A stretch of DNA of 64,000 nucleotides, taken from assembly GCA_041650255.1 (NCBI GenBank), contig JBAZLL010000001.1, positions 20,667-84,666 of the forward strand. Reading direction: 5' to 3'. A program made the translations under genes and the position numbers. Every line of letters begins with the position of its first letter. Within the stretch, counting starts at the first letter, position 1. Shown here piece after piece: positions 9,352-17,717 of the stretch. Below the pieces are notes generated by a model. That model saw only the letters and a list, made by a program, of their open reading frames with translations, was not told the DNA's origin and searched no databases. Source of the stretch: Candidatus Micrarchaeia archaeon (GTDB lineage: Archaea > Micrarchaeota > Micrarchaeia > Anstonellales > Anstonellaceae).

Positions 9352-10374
9352 ATGAATTCCTCTTTTATTTATATGGGTTCAAATCCTCTTATGAAACTGG
9401 CAAACTTCTATTCCAGAAAGAAATTAGTGGAAGCCTCTCTTTTGCGCATAGTGCCAAAGGACAAACTGCCTTACGAGGTGTACGGTCTCATCAACGAGTT
9501 TCTTGCCCGCGGCGGAAAGCGTTTTAGATCTCTTCTGGCTTTGGAATGCTCTCGCCTGTGCGGGGGCAAAGATGAAGATGCTCTGCCTGCCGCCACGGCA
9601 ATAGAACTCTTTCACAATTTCACTCTCATTCACGACGATATAGAAGACGGGTCCCAACTTCGCCGTGCAAAACCATGTTTGCATATTACGCACGGACTGC
9701 CGCTTGCGCTCAATGCCGGCGACGGGCTTTTTATGATGGTGTGGAAAGCGGCTCTTGAAATAAAACAAAAAAATTCTTTTTCGGCTCAACAAATTTTGCT
9801 TTCCGCCTTCACCTCTGTGCTTGAAGGTCAGGCAATGGAATTGGCATGGTACCGCCAGAATAACTGGGATGTTTCCGAAGATGATTACATTACAATGGCG
9901 GGCGGGAAAACTGCCTCCCTTATAGAAGCCTCATGCCAGGTCGGTGCGCTTTTGGGCGGGGCAAGCCAAAAAGAACAGGAACTGCTTGCAAAATACGGTT
10001 ACAAAGTAGGTCTCGCATTCCAAATACAAGACGACCTTCTCAATTTGGTAGGCGAAGAGGAAAAATACAAAAAAGAAATCGGCGGGGACATCCGCGAGGG
10101 AAAACGCACTCTTATGGTGTTGGATTGCCTGAAAAAACTCCCCGCAAAAGATGCATCAAAAATGCGTAAAATTCTCGGAGAGGAAAAAACGACTCAACAG
10201 GACATTGATTGGTGCATAGAAAAAATGAAGGCAAACGGCTCGATTGAGTATGCCTCCAAATATGCACACAAGCTTGTTGATGATGCTTACGATTGCCTCG
10301 GCCCATTCAAAAAATCACAGGAGCGCGATGATTTGCAAGCGGTTGCGCGTTACATTATCGACCGAGAGGAATAA
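9352..10374 (+). CDS. idsA: Geranylgeranyl diphosphate synthase (short-chain trans-prenyltransferase)
   Basis: First DDxxD motif LIHDDIEDGSQLRR and second motif FQIQDDLLN. Start is 9352, or 9391 (MKLANF); the track start at 9160 is unlikely. Confidence 0.8.
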   Translation: MNSSFIYMGSNPLMKLANFYSRKKLVEASLLRIVPKDKLPYEVYGLINEFLARGGKRFRSLLALECSRLCGGKDEDALPAATAIELFHNFTLIHDDIEDGSQLRRAKPCLHITHGLPLALNAGDGLFMMVWKAALEIKQKNSFSAQQILLSAFTSVLEGQAMELAWYRQNNWDVSEDDYITMAGGKTASLIEASCQVGALLGGASQKEQELLAKYGYKVGLAFQIQDDLLNLVGEEEKYKKEIGGDIREGKRTLMVLDCLKKLPAKDASKMRKILGEEKTTQQDIDWCIEKMKANGSIEYASKYAHKLVDDAYDCLGPFKKSQERDDLQAVARYIIDREE

Positions 10375-10443
10375 GCTCAAAAACAAATCAGATTCTCTTA
10401 TTTTTTTATCTATTTTCGTTTGTCCTTGTTTATTTTTTCAAAC

Positions 10444-11208
10444 CTACTTTAGCATCCCGACCGCCGCCTCATAATAAGCAAGCGAAATAGTCGCGGCAAA
10501 CGGGGTGAAAATCAAAAAGAAATAAATCGGATAAAATATGAACGACACGCTCGGCACGATAAACAAGATATAAATCAATATCAATATCGCCGCGGACGAG
10601 AGCGGATTTCTTATGCTCGTGACAAGAGAATTTTTCAACGACGCGCGAACCCCCCCTTTCTTCACGATGTATGCCGGGAACGCAAGCCAGAAAGGGAATT
10701 GCGCCATCATCCAAACAAACAGTGCCACCGAAATTCCAAGCACCGTAAGAATATCTCCAATCTGCTCTTTTAGCAAAACCGACGCAATCAAAATAAACGC
10801 CATCGGGGCAAACGCGACTGCCTGCCAGCAAAGCCCCACAAGCCAGAGCTTGACCATATTATTTTGCAAATACTGTAAATGCTCCATGATGCCAATGTCT
10901 CGCGAACCCGAACCTATCTCCGCGCACGTGTGCATGAACGCCCCAATCGAGGGGAATAGCAAAAGAGTGATTGAAAGTCCGCACGCCACCGTGCTTGCGA
11001 GTATGGCAATCAGCGCAACCGGATTCGAAATCCATGTGCCTCCGGGGCCAAGATAAAGCGCAATTAGTCCGTCAAGAAGAATAAAACTTATCCCAAATCC
11101 AAAACTGACTAATGTAGTAATCGCGAGCAAAAGCCCCGCAATCATAAAAAGTCCTGCACGCGCCACATAAATTTGCACGCCCATATTTAGCAATCGTAAT
11201 AAGTTCAC
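10444..11208 (-). CDS. Polytopic membrane protein, unknown function
   Basis: Six or more hydrophobic helices across 254 aa. Confidence 0.5.
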   Translation of the reverse strand: MNLLRLLNMGVQIYVARAGLFMIAGLLLAITTLVSFGFGISFILLDGLIALYLGPGGTWISNPVALIAILASTVACGLSITLLLFPSIGAFMHTCAEIGSGSRDIGIMEHLQYLQNNMVKLWLVGLCWQAVAFAPMAFILIASVLLKEQIGDILTVLGISVALFVWMMAQFPFWLAFPAYIVKKGGVRASLKNSLVTSIRNPLSSAAILILIYILFIVPSVSFIFYPIYFFLIFTPFAATISLAYYEAAVGMLK

Positions 11209-11426
11209 TTTCTTCCCTTCCGTCTTAAGTTTTGGGTTGAGCAGTGAATTTTTTAAATGTACTCACAATTTACTATTCATATGTTTTTTTCAGTTGGCAT
11301 TGGGGGGTGCCGTGTGGGTTTGTTTGACCAAACCATTATAAATGATTTCGTTGTATATTAATTAATGGTAAAATGTGGTTTGCGTTTTCGGTCTCCTTAA
11401 ACGCATTCCTATACGCTGGTGAATGT

Positions 11427-12176
11427 ATGCCTCGTGGTAAGCGCATTGTAATCGAAAGAAATGTGAAAGATCCAATCGTGCAGAAAATCAAATCCTTCAA
11501 GATTTCGGAGCTCAAGAGCGGACGCAAAAGGACCGAGTCCGAACTTGATTCATCTATTGCCGAAATGGTTCGCACAGCTCAACTCATGTACGAGCAGGAC
11601 AAGCTGGACCGTGCAAGATTGCGCTCAATGGGCTTTCTTACAGTAGACGAGGCATACGACGAGGTGAAGCGCGCAGGGCTTCCAATTTCTGCCCGCGCAT
11701 TCGGCGGCCGCGTAGAGAGGCGTTCCATCCATTCGGAAAAAATCGGAAAGAAAAGGCTTATTCCAAAGCCCGTAATTTCCGACTGGGTTTCATTGCACCG
11801 CGATTTCTATTCTGTAAAAGACGCATTTGAAATACTCAAAAATCACGAGAGCGAATTAAATTTGAGGGCGTTTATCGGTCGTGTAGAAAAAAATGCGATT
11901 CCTTCAATAAAAATAAACACTCAGCGCTGGATTCCGCGCGAGATTGTTGATTCTCTCACACATGTTTCAAAGAGCTATTATGACGTTTCGCAGTCAATTG
12001 CGTTCTTGCAGGACAAGGGCGTTAAGATTCGCAGAAATGCGTTTGAGCGCAGGCTTGACCGCAACCGCATTCCGCACGAGAAAATCGGCGGAAGGCGTGT
12101 CATTGCAAAAGACGTCATAGATGAGCTTGCGAATAAGGAAATCGCACTTGCCGCAAGAAAGATGGCAAGGTCTTAA
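11427..12176 (+). CDS. DNA-binding protein with three tandem HTH_17 (excisionase/MerR-like) domains
   Basis: Three ~55 aa repeats, each ending in an IP-x-x-KIG-[GK]-[RK]-R-[VL]-I-x-K-x-V-I-D-x-L type motif. Examples: RAFGGRVERRSIHSEKIGKKRLIPKPVISDW, RAFIGRVEKNAIPSIKINTQRWIPREIVDSL and NAFERRLDRNRIPHEKIGGRRVIAKDVIDEL. Confidence 0.6.
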   Translation: MPRGKRIVIERNVKDPIVQKIKSFKISELKSGRKRTESELDSSIAEMVRTAQLMYEQDKLDRARLRSMGFLTVDEAYDEVKRAGLPISARAFGGRVERRSIHSEKIGKKRLIPKPVISDWVSLHRDFYSVKDAFEILKNHESELNLRAFIGRVEKNAIPSIKINTQRWIPREIVDSLTHVSKSYYDVSQSIAFLQDKGVKIRRNAFERRLDRNRIPHEKIGGRRVIAKDVIDELANKEIALAARKMARS

Positions 12177-12204
12177 TTTTTTTTGTTTTCTCTCAATCTT
12201 TTTC

Positions 12205-12213
12205 TTTTAAATA
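12205..12213 (+). promoter_or_regulatory. TATA box (TTTTAAATA) upstream of lysS
   Basis: 35 nt upstream of the ATG at 12248. Confidence 0.35.
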
Positions 12214-12247
12214 CTCCCCCGCCTAATTATTATCAGTACTTTGCACA

Positions 12248-13690
12248 ATGGTTTTTCATATGGACGAAGAGCGATTAAAAAAACTTGAAATAATTGAAAA
12301 GGGCGGAATAAACGCGTACCCATATTCCTATGACTGCAGTGCATACTCCACGCAGATATTACAATCTTATGAAAAATTTGAAGGCACCACGCAAAAAATC
12401 GCGGGAAGAATAATACAAAAACGCGATTTCGGCGCCCTCGCATTCTGCCATATACAGGACAACGAAGGAAAAATACAGGCGATGGCCCGCGCCGACGATT
12501 TGGGCGAGCAGAAAATGGCTCTCTTTGCCTCCTTGGATTTAGGCGACATTATCGGCGTTGAGGGGAAAATCGGGAAAACAAAGAAGGGGGAAATTTCACT
12601 CTTTATATCCGATTTTAGCTTGCTTTCAAAATCATTGCGCTTTATGCCCGACAAATTCAAAGGGCTTTCAGACACCGAAATCAGATACAGAAAACGCCAT
12701 CTTGATTTGATTGCAAATCCTTCCGTGCGCAAATTCTTTGTCGCCCGCCAAAAAATAGTGGATTCAATCCGCTTATTTCTAAACTCGCGCGGCTACCTTG
12801 AAGTGGACACCCCAATCCTGCAAAAAATATATGGTGGTGCCGCCGCAAAGCCATTTACCACAATGCACAATGCACTGGATCAGAAATTATATTTGCGTAT
12901 TTCCAACGAGCTTTATCTAAAACGGCTCATCATCGGCGGAATTGACAAAGTGTACGAGTTTTCAAAGGATTTTCGCAACGAAGACATAGACTCCACTCAC
13001 AATCCCGAATTTACCCAGGTGGAATTTTACGAGTCTTACAAAGATTACAATAATTACATGGCTCTCACGCAGGAAATGTTTGCAAAAATTCTTTCCGAGC
13101 TTGGAATGGGTAAAAAGATAATTTTTCAGGGAAAGGAAATAGACTTCTCAAATTTCGGAACCGTTTCTCTTTACGAAGATATACTCAAAAAATCAAAAAT
13201 AGACATTCTTTCATGGAAAGACGAAAACGAGGCTTATGCGCAATGCGTTGCCGTTGGCGTAAGACCTTCAACACACACTCTTTCAAAATGTGTTGATGCC
13301 CTCTTTGACCATTTTGTCGTGCCAAATCTGCCCGGCGCCTGCTTTGTAATAGATTTTCCTTACTACATGTGCCCGCTTACAAAGAAAAAACGCGGCAATC
13401 CGGCTTTGGCAGAGCGATTTGAACTCTTTATCGGCGGATACGAGTGCGGGAACTGCTATTCCGAATTAACCGATCCGCGAGAGCAGAGAAGAAAGCTTGA
13501 AGAGCAGGCAGTGCACCTTCGCGCAGGCGATGAGGAATCCAATCCTTTGGATGAGGACTTTTTGGAGGCAATGGAATATGGTATGCCCCCAACTGCTGGA
13601 ATGGGAATCGGAATAGACCGGCTCGCAATGATATTTACCGACAACATTTCAATAAAAGAAGTGATTCTCTTTCCATCAATGAAAGACTGA
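12248..13690 (+). CDS. lysS: Lysine--tRNA ligase, class II
   Basis: N-terminal OB fold, class II motif 2 FRNEDIDSTHNPEFTQVEFY, and motif 3 GMPPTAGMGIGIDRLAMIFT (the PPTxG pattern is typical of LysRS-II). A TATA TTTTAAATA sits at 12205-12213. Confidence 0.85.
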   Translation: MVFHMDEERLKKLEIIEKGGINAYPYSYDCSAYSTQILQSYEKFEGTTQKIAGRIIQKRDFGALAFCHIQDNEGKIQAMARADDLGEQKMALFASLDLGDIIGVEGKIGKTKKGEISLFISDFSLLSKSLRFMPDKFKGLSDTEIRYRKRHLDLIANPSVRKFFVARQKIVDSIRLFLNSRGYLEVDTPILQKIYGGAAAKPFTTMHNALDQKLYLRISNELYLKRLIIGGIDKVYEFSKDFRNEDIDSTHNPEFTQVEFYESYKDYNNYMALTQEMFAKILSELGMGKKIIFQGKEIDFSNFGTVSLYEDILKKSKIDILSWKDENEAYAQCVAVGVRPSTHTLSKCVDALFDHFVVPNLPGACFVIDFPYYMCPLTKKKRGNPALAERFELFIGGYECGNCYSELTDPREQRRKLEEQAVHLRAGDEESNPLDEDFLEAMEYGMPPTAGMGIGIDRLAMIFTDNISIKEVILFPSMKD

Positions 13691-13773
13691 TTTCATTTTT
13701 TTTAAAGACGCATTTTTTCTTCAGTCATTTCTATCTTCTTTAAAATTTTAAAATTAAAAAATAAATAAAAAAA

Positions 13774-14058
13774 TTATTGGAATTCAAGTTCCAATCCGCC
13801 GACAATTCCTGTTATCAGGTTGAAAATCAGCACGCTTATTGCAATCGCAATCGCGCCAATAATTGTGTATCCTATCGCGACAACAATTCCAATCACAATC
13901 ATGCTCACTGCCGCCTCCATGCCCGCGCCGGTTGCCATGCTCACTATTCCCATAATTATCATTATCAGCGCAACCAGCACTCCGATTATTCCGTACAAAA
14001 CGGCGCCGATTTTAGTCGCGCTCATAACTCCGATTTTTTTCAATAACATTTTTCCCAT
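13774..14058 (-). CDS. Small hydrophobic G/I/A-rich membrane protein, translationally coupled to srp54
   Basis: AGGGTGA Shine-Dalgarno overlaps the srp54 TAG stop, 6 nt before the ATG (minus-strand reading AAG TAG AGGGTGAAAAA ATG). The 94 aa sequence is almost entirely hydrophobic with a basic N-terminus. Confidence 0.55.
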   Translation of the reverse strand: MGKMLLKKIGVMSATKIGAVLYGIIGVLVALIMIIMGIVSMATGAGMEAAVSMIVIGIVVAIGYTIIGAIAIAISVLIFNLITGIVGGLELEFQ

Positions 14059-14069
14059 TTTTTCACCCT

Positions 14070-15404
14070 CTACTTTGTCATACTTGAGAACTTATCCATA
14101 TCTATATTCTTGCCCTTCATAAACTTCTCTAATCTCTTTCTCATGCCCCTGTCTTTTTTTACCCCTCCCAGCATGCTTGAGAGCTTTTCAAACTGAGTTA
14201 TAAGCTCGCGAACTTCTTCCTGTTTTGCGCCCGAACCACTGCAAATTCTCTCCATTCTGCTCTTGCTTTTCTTCACAAGCTGAGCGTCTTTTCGTTCCTC
14301 TTTTGTCATGGATGAAATAATCGCTTCATATTTCTTGAGTTTTTGCTCCGACGTCTTGAGCATGTCTTGTGGCAAATCATTTACCCCCATCATGGACATA
14401 ACTGATGAGAGCGGGCCCATTTTTTTTGCGGCTTTTAGTTGTTTGTAAAATGAATCAAGCGTGAGCTCCGTCAAATCCTCTTCTTCAAGCTTTTCCTCTT
14501 GTGCGACTTTTTTTATCTTGTCAATTAGTGTTTCAAAATCGGCAAATCCGACAAGCTTACCGACAAACTTTTTGGAATCAAAAGCGGAAAAATCGCCCGC
14601 TTTTTCTCCCGTGCCAATAAAGAGAATCGGAACCTTCGCCTCATTGCAAGCCGCTAATGCGCCTCCTCCTTTACCAGAGCCGTCCATTTTTGTGATAATC
14701 ACTCCACTAAGCCCGACCGCCTGATTGAATTCTGACGCCTGCTTTCCGGCAACCTGCCCGATGTCTGCAGACATTACAAGTATTTTCTCTTGTGGCGCAA
14801 CAAGGCGTTCAATCTCTTTTAGTTGAACCACCAGCTCTTCATCAAATGCAGACCTTCCAGCCGAGTCCACAATCACAATATCTTCTTTTGCTTTTGGCAT
14901 ACAAGTGGAAATTATTTTTGAAATATTTTTTTCCCCTTTAATGCCATAAAATTCCGCGCCGGTTTTTTTAGCCAACTGTTCCAATTGCTCAAACGCGGCA
15001 GGCCTGTCTGTGTCGCACGCAATCAATCCGACCGACAATCCTCTCGCTTTGTAAAAATGCGCAATCTTTGCGCAGGTTGTGGTCTTTCCGGAGCCATATA
15101 ATCCCAAAAGCAGTATTTTTCTTTTTTGCAGTGAGGGCTCATAATGCTCCCCCATAAGCAATACAAGTTCATCATATACTGCGCGCACTACTTGTTCGCG
15201 CATTGAAAGCCCTTTTGGCTGGTCTTGCGAAAGCACCTTTTTCTCAATATTTTTAGTCAGTGCAAAAACAAGTTTTACCGGGACGTCATTTGCAATAAGC
15301 ACTCGCTGTATTTGTCGCAGAAATTCCTTTACCGCCGCCTCGTCCACAATGCCCGTGCCTGTGAGTTTTGCAAAAGCCTCGCGTATTCCTTTTCCTAAGT
15401 CCAT
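14070..15404 (-). CDS. srp54: Signal recognition particle protein SRP54
   Basis: G-domain motifs GLYGSGKTTTCAKIA and DSAGR, an N-domain, and a Met-rich M-domain at the C-terminus. Confidence 0.9.
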   Translation of the reverse strand: MDLGKGIREAFAKLTGTGIVDEAAVKEFLRQIQRVLIANDVPVKLVFALTKNIEKKVLSQDQPKGLSMREQVVRAVYDELVLLMGEHYEPSLQKRKILLLGLYGSGKTTTCAKIAHFYKARGLSVGLIACDTDRPAAFEQLEQLAKKTGAEFYGIKGEKNISKIISTCMPKAKEDIVIVDSAGRSAFDEELVVQLKEIERLVAPQEKILVMSADIGQVAGKQASEFNQAVGLSGVIITKMDGSGKGGGALAACNEAKVPILFIGTGEKAGDFSAFDSKKFVGKLVGFADFETLIDKIKKVAQEEKLEEEDLTELTLDSFYKQLKAAKKMGPLSSVMSMMGVNDLPQDMLKTSEQKLKKYEAIISSMTKEERKDAQLVKKSKSRMERICSGSGAKQEEVRELITQFEKLSSMLGGVKKDRGMRKRLEKFMKGKNIDMDKFSSMTK

Positions 15405-15548
15405 ACAATCCCGTTTAATATATAGAAATTTGATCGTTTTTTTATTCGTCCAAAAATCTGAAAAGTTCCAATATTTTCGGATTAGCTGACGCTAATAATC
15501 TGGTTTTCGGAGTTTATTAAATTAGCACTACCATTTAGTGCGAATGCA

Positions 15549-16226
15549 CTAATCTTTTGGCATCAGTTTTCGCTGAAGCGATTCTGCACTTGTTCTATCT
15601 CCTATATTTGAGAAATAAATGTTTATTTCCCTTACAGCAATATCTCGAAATTCCCTATATTTTTTATTTATTTTATCTGAAACATCAACATTTCTTGGGC
15701 CGCCTATGCCTGCGGGTATCTCCTGTCCATATAAAAATGCGCCCACCGGCCGAAACGCCCCTTCAAAAGAGTCAATGAAATATTTCACGTCCCCTCCTTT
15801 GTATCCTTTCATTCGTTCTGCAAAGTAGCCATCTGATTTTTTCAGCGTCCAAGTTGCGCGGGTAATCGCAATCATGTCGTCCGCAGTCAGGTTATATTTT
15901 GTAAATAATGGGTCGTCCCTTGACAAAAATCTGGACTCTTGGCGCATAAACTGTTCTATCCAAGAAATTGTATCCTTGGGAGTCTGCCCCGCCTTTAGCA
16001 TTTTGTAAGTATAATTTAGAATTTCCTCATATTGCCCTTGGTTTAGTATTTTTTCATATTCGGGGTGTGCGCCTTGTATCAGTGCCACCGCGTTTGAAAG
16101 TGTCGGATTGGAAATCTTTTGAGAGTAGTCGGCTTGGTCTTCTGAAATTTTTTTAATAGAGCCAAATCCCTGCATTATCAGCACCCAATCACCGTGTTTG
16201 CTTACCTCGGCTTTATTTATAAACAA
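15549..16226 (-). CDS. Hypothetical protein
   Basis: 225 aa ORF with no motif recognised. Confidence 0.4.
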   Translation of the reverse strand: MFINKAEVSKHGDWVLIMQGFGSIKKISEDQADYSQKISNPTLSNAVALIQGAHPEYEKILNQGQYEEILNYTYKMLKAGQTPKDTISWIEQFMRQESRFLSRDDPLFTKYNLTADDMIAITRATWTLKKSDGYFAERMKGYKGGDVKYFIDSFEGAFRPVGAFLYGQEIPAGIGGPRNVDVSDKINKKYREFRDIAVREINIYFSNIGDRTSAESLQRKLMPKD

Positions 16227-16359
16227 TTAAGTGCATAATTTCGTTTGCAATACTCAGTTAGCCTAAAAGCCGTTTTCTCGGAAGAAAAGGTTCTTAGGTT
16301 AAAAAAGGGAGAAATGGTTTGGGAGAGAATAAAAACCGCGTATGCAATATATTATTCGG

Positions 16360-16434
16360 GCTCCGATAGTCTAGCCCGGTCAAGGACGCTGGCCTTTCAA
16401 GCCGGTAACCCGGGTTCAAATCCCGGTCGGAGCG
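16360..16434 (+). tRNA. tRNA-Glu (anticodon UUC), no encoded CCA
   Basis: Manual cloverleaf. Acceptor GCUCCGA/UCGGAGC, D-stem GUCU/GGAC with an AGCCCGGUCAA loop, anticodon stem CUGGC/GCCGG with loop CU-UUC-AA, variable UAAC, T-stem CCGGG/CCCGG with loop UUCAAAU, discriminator G. An AATAAAAA box lies ~25 nt upstream. Confidence 0.8.
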
Positions 16435-16440
16435 ATCTCC

Positions 16441-16463
16441 CTTTTTTGCGCTGATGCGCAAAA
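16441..16463 (+). terminator. Oligo-T tract plus perfect 8-bp hairpin immediately 3' of tRNA-Glu
   Basis: CTTTTTT followed by the palindrome TTTTGCGC-tgat-GCGCAAAA. Confidence 0.35.
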
Positions 16464-16496
16464 GGCTGTACAGCCTGCTTCGCAGCCTGTCCATCT

Positions 16497-16508
16497 CGGT
16501 CGGAGCGA
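16497..16508 (+). repeat. 12-nt direct repeat (CGGTCGGAGCGA) of the tRNA-Glu 3' end
   Basis: Identical to 16424-16435, which is the T-stem/acceptor 3' side. The copies are 62 nt apart. Confidence 0.5.
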
Positions 16509-16553
16509 GTCCAACCCTTTTTTAGAAAAAGAAAACTAACCTTTGCAACCAAA

Positions 16554-16994
16554 CTATTTTCCCGCGCCCTTTACCATCTGTTCAATTTTTTTGCCCTGCG
16601 CAGTGGTCCTGCATATCTGCAAATAAGTAATTGCACCCGCGCACAAGAATGCCAGAACCGCTATCGCAACTGATTTTGTAATCAAATAAAACAATATTGC
16701 AAACAATGCAAAGAAAATAACTGCAACTGCAAAATAGCCGTCAAGAAATTTTTTCTCAAGCAATAAAACATCCGCACTATTTTTGGATTCGGATACAATA
16801 ACCGTCGTATTCTTCACGCTTGCGACTTTCATCTTGTCTGCAGTATTTACAATCGCGTCAAGCTCTTTCTTTAGCCGCTCAATGACCTCATCCGCATTTT
16901 TCTTGCTCATCTTATATCGCGTTATGTGCATGAGCAAGTCATTTATATGGAATTTATAAGAATATAGCACTGATGAAAAAATGCATAGACCCAA
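16554..16994 (-). CDS. Membrane protein, unknown function
   Basis: A soluble N-terminal part followed by two C-terminal hydrophobic helices. Confidence 0.4.
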   Translation of the reverse strand: MGLCIFSSVLYSYKFHINDLLMHITRYKMSKKNADEVIERLKKELDAIVNTADKMKVASVKNTTVIVSESKNSADVLLLEKKFLDGYFAVAVIFFALFAILFYLITKSVAIAVLAFLCAGAITYLQICRTTAQGKKIEQMVKGAGK

Positions 16995-17063
16995 GTACGT
17001 TGCCCTTTCAATTTTTTTAGTTCGCCATTTTGAAAAACGTTGCCTGTTGCCTTTTTTATCTGC

Positions 17064-17708
17064 TCAGTTTGCAAGCGAATTTATATCTGAAATAGATTCT
17101 CTAAGCGCATCATTGTCATATTGTGGAACCGCGCAAATCAATCCATAAAATCTGTGTGCAATAAGATTATTCTGAGCATCAAATACTCCCTGCAATGCCT
17201 GTGAATATGCCGCCTTTTTTGAGATATCAAGATATGCCGCTTCATACGCAACCTGCTCATACTCAACGCTATCATTGAACGCCGCAGTCAAATTTTCATA
17301 CTTCCAAACGTCGTAAATAAAGCTTTTTCCCTCATCCAGCGCAATCGGCAGGCAAAACGGAGTGGACGAATAACACGCTTTCTGGCAAGTTTCATAATTC
17401 ACGCATTTATTATTGTCAATTCCAACAAGCCGCCTGCATGCATTATCTGTGTAAATTGAATTTTTGAATTTTAGAAAAGTTTTATGCACACTCTCCATGT
17501 CCTTTTGATTCTGAATAGTCGGGTTTGCATTTTTTTGTGCCTGTGGAGTCTGCACGGGGTTTGTCTTTTGTGCAACCGAAGGATTTTCGGTGTTTTTCTG
17601 AGTCTGATTACTCTTTTGTGCAATAGTCGAATTATTTACTTCACTTTTGGGCGCAACACACCCAAAAAAAAGCATAAGCAAAACAATTAGAATTAACCAA
17701 TTTCTCAT
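17064..17708 (-). CDS. Secreted protein (lipoprotein-like), Q/N/T-rich linker and Cys-rich domain
   Basis: Signal peptide MRNWLILIVLLMLFFGC. A low-complexity QKxN repeat-like linker is followed by a domain with about 7 Cys. Confidence 0.45.
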   Translation of the reverse strand: MRNWLILIVLLMLFFGCVAPKSEVNNSTIAQKSNQTQKNTENPSVAQKTNPVQTPQAQKNANPTIQNQKDMESVHKTFLKFKNSIYTDNACRRLVGIDNNKCVNYETCQKACYSSTPFCLPIALDEGKSFIYDVWKYENLTAAFNDSVEYEQVAYEAAYLDISKKAAYSQALQGVFDAQNNLIAHRFYGLICAVPQYDNDALRESISDINSLAN

Positions 17709-17717
17709 TGTTTCCCC

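Noticed and set aside
9933-10169. Arg/Lys-rich 78-aa ORF in an alternative + frame
   Set aside because: It lies entirely inside the well-supported idsA reading frame. Its composition is an artefact of the shifted frame.
13777-14122. His/Asn/Cys-rich and Ile/Pro-rich + strand ORFs
   Set aside because: They are antisense shadows of the hydrophobic minus-strand gene, which has a strong Shine-Dalgarno and coupling to srp54.
16436-16515. Second or permuted tRNA downstream of tRNA-Glu
   Set aside because: Only a 12-nt segment matches the tRNA 3' end. No cloverleaf can be folded. It is better interpreted as a direct-repeat footprint plus terminator hairpins.
16227-17063. Integrase or mobile element adjacent to the tRNA
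   Set aside because: The flanking ORFs encode small membrane or secreted hypothetical proteins and a soluble 225-aa protein. None has recombinase or transposase motifs.
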